Shown here in pieces: positions 51,401 through 64,000 of a DNA stretch of 64,000 bases. How positions within the stretch are numbered: position 1 is the stretch's first letter; each line of letters begins with the position of its first letter. The stretch is from Magallana gigas. Its lineage: Eukaryota. The stretch is from positions 13,330,001 to 13,394,000 of the forward strand of contig NC_088860.1 of the NCBI RefSeq assembly GCF_963853765.1, read 5' to 3'. A program made the position numbers and the translations under genes. The notes below the pieces were generated by a model. That model was not told the origin of the DNA and searched no databases. It was given only the letters and a program-made list of their open reading frames with translations.

Positions 51401-53642
51401 GGATCATTGTAAGTCCAAATGCTTAATAACAGGTTTTTTTTTTTTTTTAAATAAACTTGATTAAATCTTTGAGATTTACCTCTTTATCAGAGTATATACA
51501 TGTACACTGTACTATTTTCATAGTAGAGATTATTTAAACATTAGTTTCGCCGTAGTTGTGGTATATATTTATGTTCTTGATTCTGAAGATTTTAATTTTT
51601 AAAGTTTTGATTTCCATGGTTGTTCAAAGATACTTCATGCATATTCTGTTCTATTGATGAGAATTTGCTCTTTATTTTAATTTTTTGTTGTATGAAAAAA
51701 TATGTCAGCATATACATGTAAATTAATGTACATGTAAATAGAAAGAAAATTACTATCAAATTTTTGGATCACAATACTTTGAAATAGTTTCTTAAATCAA
51801 CAGAAAAATACTTGATTATGATAGATCCAGTAGCATGATGCATAAGAAGGATATAAGTCAAATAGGCAAACTGATATGCAATTTTGGATAAAGAATTTAA
51901 TTTTCAAAAATTTAATTTGATAAAAATGAACAAAATCTCCAGACGGATTCACTTATGAGTCATGATCTGCTGTTCACAAGCTCAATACTTCAACCACTGA
52001 GCTATGATGATATTCAACTAAATTCATTGATTCAAACAGTTACAATGTATACGAAATATTTACATGTAAACCACCATCTTGTGAGGTAGTCTTTAAAATT
52101 ATAAGTCTTGATGTAGTGAGGTACCTTAAATAATAAAATGTCTGTTGTATCTTGAATCTGAATGTTTTTGATTAACTAGTACCTGTATCGTGTATTTTTC
52201 TTTGACTGGACTTTTCAGGTGTCTGGTGTTTTTACTGTAAGAAGCCCTTTTCTTCAGTTAGTTTAGTTTCTAGTGCCATGTGACTTTTTGTCCGTGTTGC
52301 TTGGCAGTTCATCACAAGTTCACAGTTCTGTTTGCATCTTCCCTTAAATTCAGTTTGTTAATCAACTACAATACTTTTCACAAAAAACTGTGTTTCTATT
52401 TTACACAAGATGTCAGGAGGCCAAAAGGAGGTAACTTGTGAACAAAAATGTTTTTTGAATGCCCTGAATTCTCCCCATTATTTCTTTTTTACCTCGAAGA
52501 TACTTTTCATTTGAATGTCATTTTCTTAAATTATATTTTTTGCTTTTGAAATTCAACAGTTTGATTTCTCTATTTATGATCGCTTGATTTCTATACATTG
52601 GATGAATTATCACACAATTTATTTGTATGACTATTTATTACTATACAGCATGGCAAGAACTTTGACTGAAGTACCTTAATAGCAACATATTAAGTGACTC
52701 TACTTCCTACTAAGTGTTATTTTTATTATGATAACAATATATACTTTTTTTAAGGTTGTCCAACCCTCAGTCCACTAAATGAAAGTGTTGTAATTATATA
52801 TATAGATTGAAATCAAAAGAATCTTTCCATGTGATTTAAAAAGTTTAAGCATTAATTACTGCTCAACTTATCAAGTTATTATGTGAAGAATATGAACAAC
52901 AATTTCAAAATCTTAACAAAGTGGACCAGATAATCAAACCCATAACCTTTTATTATGAAGGAACAGTAATCAATGTCCTATACCTTTTGCGATTACCTTT
53001 TTGAAATAAAACACGCTTAGACTATAAAGACTACTACAGTGATTTTATTTTTATTTTAAATGATCTACATGTACATGCATTTATAGTAAAAGTTACAAGA
53101 TTCAAGAGTTATCAAACCCAATCTAATTAAAATTAGATGTTTGATCCGCTCGCTTACTCGCTACGAGTAAGCAAGTGGATCTAACATATAATTTTAATTA
53201 GATTGTATCAAACCTTGCTTAGGGATGGACAACCTTACTCTGAATGATTACCAATATTCATATTTCAACCTTTTATTTTGATGAAGCAATTAAAACAAAA
53301 GATTATGTATTTGTTTGGAGGGGTAGGAATTGTATATAACATGCTCTAGATAAATTTGCATATTTCAACTCATATATGCATTTCCTCATATTTAATGTTA
53401 ACATGCTTAAGTTTTGAAAATCAGTTTACAGACTGAATTAATTTTGCCTCCTTACATTAGAGTGATGGGAAGCATGCCTAGTGTATCATTTTATTGCAGT
53501 TGCCTGTACCATCATGTTTGCTAGGATTTAATTTTGGTTCTTTTGTATGTGATAAAGTGGGTCTTGCTTAGGCTAAATGTGGTTTTGGTTAAATTAATAC
53601 TTGTGATGAATAATGTTGAGAGAAATTTTAGCACTAGAGAGT

Positions 53643-53686
<44 letters not shown>

Positions 53687-56600
53687 GAGAGAGAGAGAGA
53701 GAGATGGATGGACAGAGAGTGTGTACAGTTGACAATATACATAGTAAACATGTATCAATCAAGCAACATGTTAGCATCATTTAAACATTCTCCTTGTGGA
53801 AGTGTATGTGGAATGATTTAAAGAAAAAAATATCATCAAACTAGTTTTCTTCTTGGACAGATTGATGGACAGTCTCTTATATATATCATATACTTCTAGG
53901 TTTCTGGTGTGCCAGTTCGTCAGGAATGTTTGTATGATATGACAGATGTGTGGTCCAAAATACAAGCCGTAGTAAGTCTTTATAGCATAAATGTACTCTT
54001 ACCTTTACAATTAATTGTTATTGCAAACATTATTTACTTGATTAAAAATTTTTGACAAAACACTGATGTGTATACTTGTATAGATGGAGATATATGATAT
54101 CTACTGATTACAATACACTGTTCAACCATTTCAAGGCTACTTATTTTGAAATCTTTTGAATGACTTTGATTTGTGAAAAATTTACTTATAAGTATATATA
54201 GGGATAATTATCCAATCACAGAGTACATACATATTTGTGTGTGTGCATGTCTTCATGTTTGTTAATAGAAAACTGCTTCATTTGATGGCTGATGTGTGTT
54301 TTAGGTGGAGTTACTTTTACGGGAGTATCTAGATGTGGAGAATACGTCGGCCTCCAGACAGAGGGCCCCCACCAGCTTTGATGAGCCCAGCACAGACATC
54401 AACTCCTTCTTTGCAAAAAAGCGACCAGCAAAACCTAAAAAAGTAAAGTAACCTATCAGTAGTTGGCAGTAATTAGCTATAAAAATCCAGTCTTTTCAAA
54501 ATCATGCTCACTTAATTTGAGTCCTTAACCTCTTTTATGAATTATAAAAGAAATGAATACATGTATTACATGTACTTAAGAATGCGAATGACTTGATAAC
54601 ATTCACAGGAGCAGACTTTTGTTGTAGATACATTTGTCCTACAGTTTATGATTTTGTACATATATATCCGTTAGCATGTCTAAGAATAGAGGTCCGCTGT
54701 ATTTTGTAGATGGCTTTGTTCCGATTTGATGCTTCGATCCATGCCATCAGTACAAACAGCTATGTGGATGACAGTAGGGCTTTTGATACAGTAAGTCACT
54801 TGAATAAGCTGAAAAGTCGTACGTCCACGAAGAACTATTTCTCCTATAAGCTCATCAACATTTTGTCTATAGGCTCAAGCTCGCCTGAGTTTTTCTGACC
54901 CTTTATGTTTGGTACCTGCCTATCCTTGCAAAGTTTTCAAATTTTTCGTAATTTAACTGCAGCAATGAATTTACTTTTAAATATGATATCTCTTTTTTCT
55001 TTCTCAGTTTTACATTCCATGTTTGAACCTTTTATTTAGGAAAGAATGACATACATGAGTATATATTGTAGGGAGATTTGTTCAGTAGCTCACTGTTAGC
55101 CGAGATGGGTCTGGAGAAAAATCAGATGGTCTGTAAACCCAGTGTGTACAATATCACAGGTAAGCTCAATGACATTTCTTGATCAAGTTATTATTTTACA
55201 AGCTTATTCTACTGAATACCAAGGGAAGTATTTTTTCAAGGGAGAAAACTTGAGAGGTAAAATTATAAATATTTTCCTGAAGAGTATTTGTACATGTATT
55301 ACATTTACATGTACATGTACCTTATTTTGTTCAAATTTTCCAGCAATCTTCAGGCCCCTGGAGTCATTCATAAGAGAGATAGAAGATGCCATTGCTTGTC
55401 AGGACGGGTAAATTATTTTTATATAATGAAAAACATTTGATGTACATGCTAATACTGGAATGTAAAATTTGCATCATGTTTTTCACAAAATGCATTAAAT
55501 TGTTAAGCATTTTTGCTGATTTATACAGACATTGCTTTACAGCCAAAGTATATGGATCCAACTCATTTTATTTTTTCAAATTCACTAAAAATGCTAATTG
55601 TCACCACATCCTTAAATAAGTTAATTATTTTGATCTATACCTTGACCATACAAATGCTTTAAATATTTGTTTCTACTTGATTTATGACTTTTAATTCATG
55701 GAGCTAGATTTAACAGTCAACAGATTAGTGTTTGACATTTTTTCAGGACCTCCAGTCTGCAGGCCTTTGTGACAGACTTTGTACAGAACATATTCCTGGG
55801 GCATGTCCATTACACGGTGTCTACAAGCATAACCTCGGCCACAAAAGGTAGAATATGTAACACAGTAAGCTATAGTTCATAAACACTGCACAAAGTCGTA
55901 ATTGACAGAATGAATTTTGTACCAGTATAACTATTTAATTGTTGAACACAATGTTCTGAAAATATGATTATAATTGGTAAATGTACGAAGGCAGCTTTTC
56001 AATAGATTTACCTGTAATTTTGTTGTGTGTAGGCACATAGTTGAACACAGAACTTCATCATGATGAATAGCCAATCAAATTAATGTACAGTTTTATACAT
56101 TATGAATGTAATATTTAGTGCACCATTAAAAGTTGGCACTATTTATTTATGGTAACTCTGTTGTTCGGTGGAATATAAAAATATTGTAGAGGAAAAAAAT
56201 TTTGTTCATTATTTTATGTAAAATATCCATTCATTCACATTATTTCCACTTTTTAAGATTTAATCCGCTACTACAAAAACCCTCAGAGTATGTATAGTTT
56301 GTAGTCACTAACACAAAGTCACATGTCTGTCACACATCTTGAGTTTGATCACAGAATTCTTTTTTTTGTTTACACTTTTCAAGTTTTGTTTTAATTAATG
56401 AAATGATTACCGATAACTGCCAGATTTTATTTTCATTACAATGGGTGACAGATATGCAATTAACTTTCAATGCTAGTGACAACTTTCATTTTTGAATTTA
56501 TAATATAACATCCTATTTAAACTTTTTATCTATTAGTAAGACTGCAGTTATACAATGTACATTGTATGCTATGCAAATAAATTTTCTCCATTTTTTCTTT

Positions 56601-59600
56601 TGATTCTGCTATAAAATAAAATTTTAAGTGTCTTTCCTTAGCTTTCATATTATTTTCTAAATTATGGCATGAAAAATGGAATGAATTAATTATTTTTATT
56701 AAATTCTTTAAAAAACTTTTTTCAGTCATTGTTCGATCTCAATTTTATTGAATTCTCAATTTGTAACCAGAGAATGCCCAAGACTGGGATTCAATGTTAA
56801 AAAGTCTGGTTTTACCCTTGTCAATTAAGTGAAACATACATTTTTTTATAACTGCTTTTGCTCAACAAAAATAATCTGCAAAAATAATGCATGATTTCAA
56901 TTAAACTTTTTTCAGCAAGACAATTTATCTTCCCTTTAATTTTTCCATTCTCGCATTGTATGTAACACAGTATCTCTGATCAGAGTTCTCTTTCTTGTTT
57001 TTATCCTCTCCAGTCGATGAGGAGGATGAGAGTAAGTGGGCATGTCATGTGATTGTCATGTGACCCTGTATCTGCAGACCTGCACTCTAGATTTTTTTAA
57101 ATTTCTTTTAGTATTAATTCACTCTTACAGATTCTGTATTAGTTTAACAGTTTTTATGGAATATGCTTTGCAACCTTTGTACATGTAAAATTATACTAAA
57201 ACTATGGGTAAGATATATGTATACTCAATTTAGAGTATTTATCATGTATGAAGTAGATTCATGTACTCGGTGCAGTATGGATTCAAGTACATGTAAATAA
57301 CTTGCATGTCATATTTTATTTTTATTTAATGTATACATATACATGTACTATTTAGAATGACAATATCTACTGGTACATAATAAATGTACATATATTATGA
57401 ATATAACTTACGTTCCAATCATACTGTCTTACACATGAATCACTGGCTTGATATAAGTAGGTCTTACATGTAACAAGGCACTATATATTTTAAGATTATT
57501 TACACATTTTAACATTTTAAAAATCTCGCAGTTAAATATACAGAGACCACAGAGCTTGAAGTATGACTAAATTTTTGGCAGTACATATCGTATTTATTTT
57601 GATTATTAAACAAAAAACTATTTCATTGTCTATATGCCTGTCTTTTATTTTGTACATGTATATTATATGATCTTTACAAAGTTAAGTACAATTTCATATA
57701 CTGGTACTTCATTGAATTCTTCAGAACTAAAGAAAAGTAGGGTGCATGACTATTTGAACCATTTGATGATTAATTTGTTCACAACAATTAACATCCAATC
57801 TTGACTTGCACAATGTACGATATTTGTATTTTAACAAATCAAGCTGATTGATCAAGTTTTAGGTGAACATGTATGTCTGCAGTTGAAAAATTCCTGGGGA
57901 TAGGTGCAACCTTCCCACCTTCATTCCAAAATACACAATGTATTGATGCAATATAACAGAAATCTTTATACAGATTTGTGTAGTATCAGATTTGTTTGAT
58001 TTTTTTTTTCAAGTTTAAGTGTACCTTCTGTGTGTAAGTGTTGTTTTTTTATATGAATGTGAACTTGTTAACCCTGTTTTAGTTGTGTTTTGTTACTTAC
58101 TTACATGTTAACATGACTTGTCTGTCAAGTTCTATTCATAAGTCTGATGTCATTTCTATTTTTCAACTGAAGTACATGTACATGTGTATGTACACCTGTA
58201 ATTGTGATTCAACCTGTTGATTTCATACCTTTTAAAGTTATCTTATGCCTTATTTGATATTTATATCTGCATATTTCTAGGCTTTGATGCTTTGCGGCAT
58301 GTTGTGGATCATAAAACCCAAAAGGAACTCGGCGTAAACAGACCTTTATTAACGGTACGGACATGTTATTGTATACACTCGTAGATTTGTATTGTATTCC
58401 ATAATAATAGCCAGAAACCATGTAAACTACATGTTGTTTTCATATTTTTAAAGATAATATGCTTTTGATATATCTTTGTTTTTCACATAAGAAGCCTGAA
58501 ATAAAATTGCTACATGTACTAGTATTGATATTTTCTGAAGGGTGTTATCAATATATAAGCTTTATATTTATTTATTTTTTTGTTATCAGAGTACAGTTAC
58601 TGTTGACAAGAATTTACAAGAACTGAGGGAGCTGATGCAGGATTTACCTGACTACGCGGACCAGTTCCTCAACATGATCTGTAACACACTGAAGGAGTAC
58701 CGGGACACCTGCCACTCCGCTTACAGGGGTCAGTACAAGCAAGCTCACTGGGCACCTGTTATATACTCGCTTAAGTAAAAATTGTCAAAAAGGGCACCTG
58801 TATATTCATTTGGAATGGTTTTATTCAAAGTAACATAGAGGGAGATGTCAAAAAAAGGATTTATACATTCAATTTGAATCAATATTTTTAAAAAAAATCA
58901 ATATAGGGGAGATAATAACTGTTGATAATATAGAGAATAGTTGTGGTTCTTGAATTTTTGTAAACTGGCATGTTGAACTTGTATATGTCATTTATGCTAA
59001 TACAAGTATATTGCAGATACATGTATATGGTTCATGTTGATCCTTTTGATTTGTAGAAATTGTTCAGTATGATTCTGATGAGAGAAGAGTGATAAGTGCC
59101 ATGTGGGCCAAAGACGAAGACATCAGCCGCTTTCTTAGGTAGATATATATGGGGTTTTTTAAAATAAAGAACAGTTAAGGCACATCTATCTTATTTTATG
59201 TTTTGGTTTTCTTTTAATAAAGAACAGTAAAGGCACAGCTATCATAATTTTTTTTCTTTCTCTGAATGGCCTTTGAAACATGTTTGACTTCGTCTTTTTT
59301 CATTTTCAGTTCTTATTTCTTTTTCTACATATAAATTTTCAGATTATGCAAGTAAACAAGATTTCCTATCATATTATATTTGAGTTGCATTTAAAATTGC
59401 TAATTTTGTCATTTTCATTGAATTAAGTTTCAGTTATGAAGTCAGGTAGAATGTTTAGTTTTTTTTTCACATATCAACAGTCAAGGCTTTTGAAATTTGC
59501 AATACAAAAATGTCCCTACCTTCACATCCCTATTCTACCATGCTCTTACATCCAGTATCTGCACAGCAGCAGACTTTTTGCACATATATATACATGTATT

Positions 59601-62600
59601 TGAGAATTGTTATTTGATTGCATTACAAGTTTTATACACACGACACATCCTGTTCCTTTTTATGATAAATCCTCTACACATTTTGCAATAAGCGGAGAAA
59701 AAACCAAACTACCAGATATTATAATATTACTAGACAGTAAAACACAGTTATAGGGATCAAACAGATAAGCAATTATTATAACTGTAACCGCTCAGTCTAT
59801 AATACAATTGTAAGATTATGGGAATAGAGGGGAATGAAACTAACATCACTTTAAGTGTGATATTTTATAAGCATATTTGCTGTTTACTGTATACTTTTGA
59901 TATCAATTTATAAACTGTACATGTGTACATCATAAACTAATTAACACATATACAGTATCTTTTGAAGATAAACATGTATATCACATACATAAACGTGTAC
60001 GTATGCTTGTTTTGGTGTCTTACTAAGATGATACATGTCCATGTAAATATGTTGCTTTGGTGTCTATACCAGATCCCTGCCCAGCTGGCGGTCCCTCCAG
60101 TCGTCCCGGGGTCAGGAACTGGCCAGTGAGGACGTGTGTTCCGAGGAGGAAATCAAGGCCCTCAACTCCAAGGAGGCCCAGATACTGATCAGTAATCTCA
60201 CTTCATCCGACGGCCTGATCCAACAGGAAATCATCACAGACGTCACGCAAATGAGGACCATTGCCAATGTTCATGAAAGCTTGGTGAGTTCTTCAGTTTA
60301 TTGCAGTGGTCTTATGGATGCTAGGTGATCAACATTTCTTCTATGTAATAACTTTTAGGGCCAAACTCTACGGGGCACTTGAATGAAGCACATATTCTCT
60401 GTTCTTGGTACATGCAGTCTCATTCATACTTCACACAGAGAGCTTGTCGGTTGCAGGTAGAGTGTGCAGTGGCCATGAGCTAAGTTTCTTGTCAAAGATG
60501 ATGGTTATAGCAGATATCTTTGAATTCCAGTTTCTTTCCCTATTGCACAATTTTGTACAGACTTTGCCAAAAGACTGTCCATAGGTTAAGAATATCTTGA
60601 ATCTTGAAATCAAGTTTCTGGGTCAAAGGTCAAGGTCATAACAGATCTCTTTGAAAAATCTTTGTCCAAACGATTATTTTTTTTCTGTTTAGTCCAATTT
60701 TGCTTAGACTTTACGTAAAAACTGTCTGTAGGTGAGTGATGTGCAGTGAGTTTAAATCAAGTTTTGTTTTTATTTGGTGTACAGGAATGGTTCTTCAATA
60801 GGATGAAGGACTTCTCCAATGGTTTGTCAGCGAGATCTACTGCCACTGCAGCTGAAACAGCAGCATCTGTAAGTGAATCTTACTGGTTTTTGCTTAGAAT
60901 CTGAACATTTGCAAAGTATCTTGCCTAAACTTTGAGTACATTTGCTGTCCATTAATTGTAATAAAGGAGCTGTACTCTTGAGGTGTTTACCTCAGAATAC
61001 CTCCTCCATTCTTCTCTTTGTTAATAAAGTTTCTGGATAATATTTTTGTTGATATTTATTTAATTTATGTAGGATAGAGTTTGGACTACTAAACATGTAT
61101 TTAGGTCATCAGAGATCTTACTATTCTGTAAATAATTCCTCAGTATGGAAATGAAAATTGTCCGTACTTCAGTGTTAATATGTATAGTTTAATGTTATAG
61201 CTTTTTGCATGATCTTTTTAAGTATTTGTATGAATTTTTACAGGAATATCCACCTGTATCTGAAAAGACATTAGGGTATGTTTACTCAATGTTTTATTTG
61301 ACATGTTTACATATTGATACTCTTGTATATTTAGATGTACTTTTAAATGTATTGCATGTTTATATGTCAGAATTTCCTATTTTAGGGAAGTTAAGCATTT
61401 ATCATTTTAAGATTGGTTAAATTAATTGTACATTGTACATGTTTACTCAAGATTAATTATTTCCTTGTGTAATTGTAGCTCCTTGAAGAATCTAGTAAAG
61501 GATTTCCAGGACTTAGCAGAAATATGTCTTCTGCTTCTTCATCTGGAGGTCAGAGTTCACTGTTTTTACTTCCTGCTGCCAGTCGCCAAGCAGGTTAGTG
61601 AAAGCCAGTGGTATAATGTGTTACCTGTACTTTTCCTGCAAAATTAAGTTACTGCATTCCAGTAGTGTTATACTTTATTTCATGTCTTTCTGTGTTATTC
61701 TAATTAAACTACATGTATATGCCAGTATTGTGTTGTTTCAGTCAAACTATGCAGGCCCAATAGATGACCTTGATCCAGATTCCAATGTGCTGAAACTGAA
61801 CAAAGATTTAACCAGTATGGAAGAGGTGTTGCAACAGAGTCTACAACCTAAAAAATTTAAGTAAGACAATTCAATAAATAATCCATGTACCGTATATCAA
61901 AGATAATATATTTTCAAAATATCTTGTATAATTTTTATTTCATTTCATTTTTATTTCAGATACATATTTGAAAGTCTTGGATTTTTAGTAGCATCCATAT
62001 TGATGAACAGCATTCAGTATATGAAGAAAATCAATGAAAATGGCATCAAAAAGATGTGAGTTCTTTCATTTTCATAATACCTTTTTATTTAGATTGTCTG
62101 TTTTACAAGCTACCGGTAGGCCCATGAATGATTTATCCCTATCTTTGAACAGCTCATTACATGTTTAGATCTGCCAATCAATACAAGTTTTCATAAAAAC
62201 TTGCCGATTTGCATTCAGTGCTCAAATAATTGTGTAAAATGTGCTCTTTGGTTGTAGATATAAACAATGTGTACTTGTATGTTCTTGAAAAAGATAGAGA
62301 CTATTGTTTGTATGTTGATAGAAACATAGATGTTATCAGTGTATGCCTGTGGCCCCAAAAAGTGTAGCTTCTTACTCTTTTGTATTGAAAGGTGTTAAGG
62401 GTCTGCATATGTTTTTATTGTCCTAAAAACAATCTGTTTTGGTAGATCATACAGTACGACTGAGTAGTACACATTTTGTATTGTTTGTTGTATGAATACA
62501 CTACATTTGTGTGATTTTGTGTTACCTGTACAGGTGTAGGAATCTCTTCGCCATACAGCAGAACCTGACCAACATAACAATGTCCAGGGAGTCAGACCTA

Positions 62601-63185
62601 GATCACGCCAGGCAGTACTACGAGCTCTTGTACATCAACCCAGATGTAAGTAAAAGGAACAACATCATGCATAGTTTCTAAATGCTAGAAATATACATGT
62701 ATTATAGTTTTGATATTTCATACAATGTGAAAATTTTCACTTCAAAGGCTTACAGCCATAAATAAAACAAAAAGCTTTTATGCTCAAATTGTCAATGATC
62801 AAAAGTTACAAATAGATTCAAAATTAGTGTAAAGTGAAATAGTTAAAGTCATACATTACACATATTATACTTGATTTTTGAAATGCCACATGACTTAAGA
62901 GGGTTTGGTTACAAAATTAATAAAATTTCACAGTCACTGACTCCCCTCTGATTTGTATCATTAGACATCGAAATTGAAAATAATGTCAATTGTTTTTTCA
63001 TGTTACAGGATGTGATAACAATGATTGCAGAGAAAGGATGCCAATACACATTCCAGGAATACACCGAGTTAGTTAAGCTGCATCACAGGAGTCACCCCGC
63101 CCTGTCTCCCAGTCAACTCGAGCAACGCATGCAGAAACTCAAGGAGGTGATCTTCAAAACTCCCAATGGAGAACACACACCTTGA
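48403..63185 (+). CDS. EXOC4: Exocyst complex component 4 (Sec8), 939 aa without optional microexons
   Basis: Exons 48403-48456, 48810-48850, 48981-49069, 49231-49293, 49456-49594, 49734-49822, 50099-50175, 50302-50428, 50521-50675, 50757-50827, 51279-51408, 53900-53971, 54305-54442, 54710-54790, 55072-55159, 55344-55407, 55747-55847, 58281-58354, 58590-58728, 59057-59138, 60073-60283, 60785-60868, 61244-61275, 61479-61593, 61742-61860, 61960-62055, 62534-62645, 63009-63185 (2820 nt). Motifs [67 protein letters not shown]...QQNLTNIT. Confidence 0.96.
53119..53205. mobile_element. 87-bp hairpin mini-element with a 9-bp TSD (Mutator-type signature)
   Basis: caatctaattaaaatta...gcttactcg cta cgagtaagc...taattttaattagattg, flanked by TATCAAACC at 53110-53118 and 53206-53214. 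Confidence 0.8.
53647..53703. repeat. (GA)n microsatellite
   Basis: Interrupted GA run. Confidence 0.95.
60440..60765. repeat. Decayed satellite-like / HINE-internal repeat
   Basis: Contains ggtcaaaggtcaaggtca and two diverged copies of caattttg...agacttt...actgtc..tagg about 150 bp apart. Confidence 0.45.
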
Positions 63186-63202
63186 CAGACTCTGTAAAAA
63201 CG

Positions 63203-63206
<4 letters not shown>

Positions 63207-63237
<31 letters not shown>
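63207..63237. repeat. (GA)n microsatellite in the EXOC4 3' UTR
   Basis: GA run about 20 nt after the stop codon. Confidence 0.95.
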
Positions 63238-63238
<1 letters not shown>

Positions 63239-64000
63239 CATTGTGGAGAGATAGGCATTGAGGAAAGTTGTTGAAACTCCACAAACATTCTTCATTGTGA
63301 TAGTGCTTTAAATGTGCAATAACTCATTTTGTTTTGTTAGCTGTACAACAGATAATATGATTTTAACTTATATAAGATTAAAATTGACTTCTTCAAATGC
63401 AGTTGTTTTCAGTTTTATTTAAATCTGATATATTGAAGAGTATTTCATACTTTTCAAGTATTTTGTAATTCATAGTGAGCTTTTTTAAGTTTTACAGTGC
63501 AATTTTAAAACCAATCTAAAATGTATGCTCCAAGTATTTAAAAGAAGAGAGAAATGTCAGTATTAAAAACACTGCTGTCCCTGTAGGTCACCTCTTTAGA
63601 AACATATTAAAGTTCTAAAAGTTACAGTGATTAAAGAGTTGCAGTGTATGAAGACTTCAGATTCATGAAGAAATATTTAAAAAATATTTAAAAACTAAAT
63701 CCAAATATACCCACCATAATTAAGTGTTAAACAATAGAAATAAATGACTGCAATAGTCCTTTCAAGAAATGACAACTGAATAAAGTACCTACGGTTATTT
63801 AAAGGGGATCCACCCCTTGAAAATTTCAACTTTAATATTACAGTTAACAAAAAAGGCCTTTGAACCAACATCCCCCCCCCGGCCAACCAAAACTATTTTT
63901 GAGAGCTGAGAGAAAAATAAATCTGATTGATTTGATCTGAGAATCATTCGTTTAATATTTTTTAGCTCACCTGAACCTGAAAATATAGAGTAAATCTTTA

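Noticed and set aside
52649-52670. AG...GT-bounded 22-nt segment as a fourth EXOC4 microexon
   Set aside because: Not a multiple of 3, contains an in-frame TGA and has a weak donor (GTACCT).
3864-63185. Functional cluster of trafficking genes (VPS4-like, CCM3, EXOC4)
   Set aside because: Mixed orientations, unrelated genes in between and no shared regulatory signal seen; adjacency alone is not evidence.
1-64000. U12-type or non-canonical introns
   Set aside because: All modelled junctions are GT-AG, and no (G/A)TATCCTT donor was seen at an exon boundary.

Overview
Eukaryotic, AT-rich, intron-containing animal DNA, most likely a bivalve mollusc (oyster-like repeat families; inference). Hand-spliced gene models, all with GT-AG introns and consistent frame phases: (1) an aminergic class A GPCR on the minus strand, running off the left edge; (2) a divergent VPS4-like AAA+ ATPase (11 exons, 415 aa); (3) PDCD10/CCM3 (minus, 214 aa); (4) full-length VWA8 (minus, 1890 aa) in only 5 coding exons, one of 4262 bp; (5, 6) two tandem SLC16/MCT-family transporters with matching exon structure; (7) EXOC4/Sec8 (28 exons, 939 aa) plus three candidate frame-preserving microexons. 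Non-coding DNA holds a foldback element with modular ~400-bp inverted arms, several G-tract MITEs with 5-bp TSDs, TTAA MITEs, tiny palindromic elements, a decayed LINE, a V-domain-like SINE, microsatellites, a 134-N gap and a strong excess of TACATGTA. No rRNA, intact tRNA or CRISPR array was seen. Best leads: the VPS4 paralogue, VWA8 intron loss, EXOC4 microexons, the foldback element and the TACATGTA motif.
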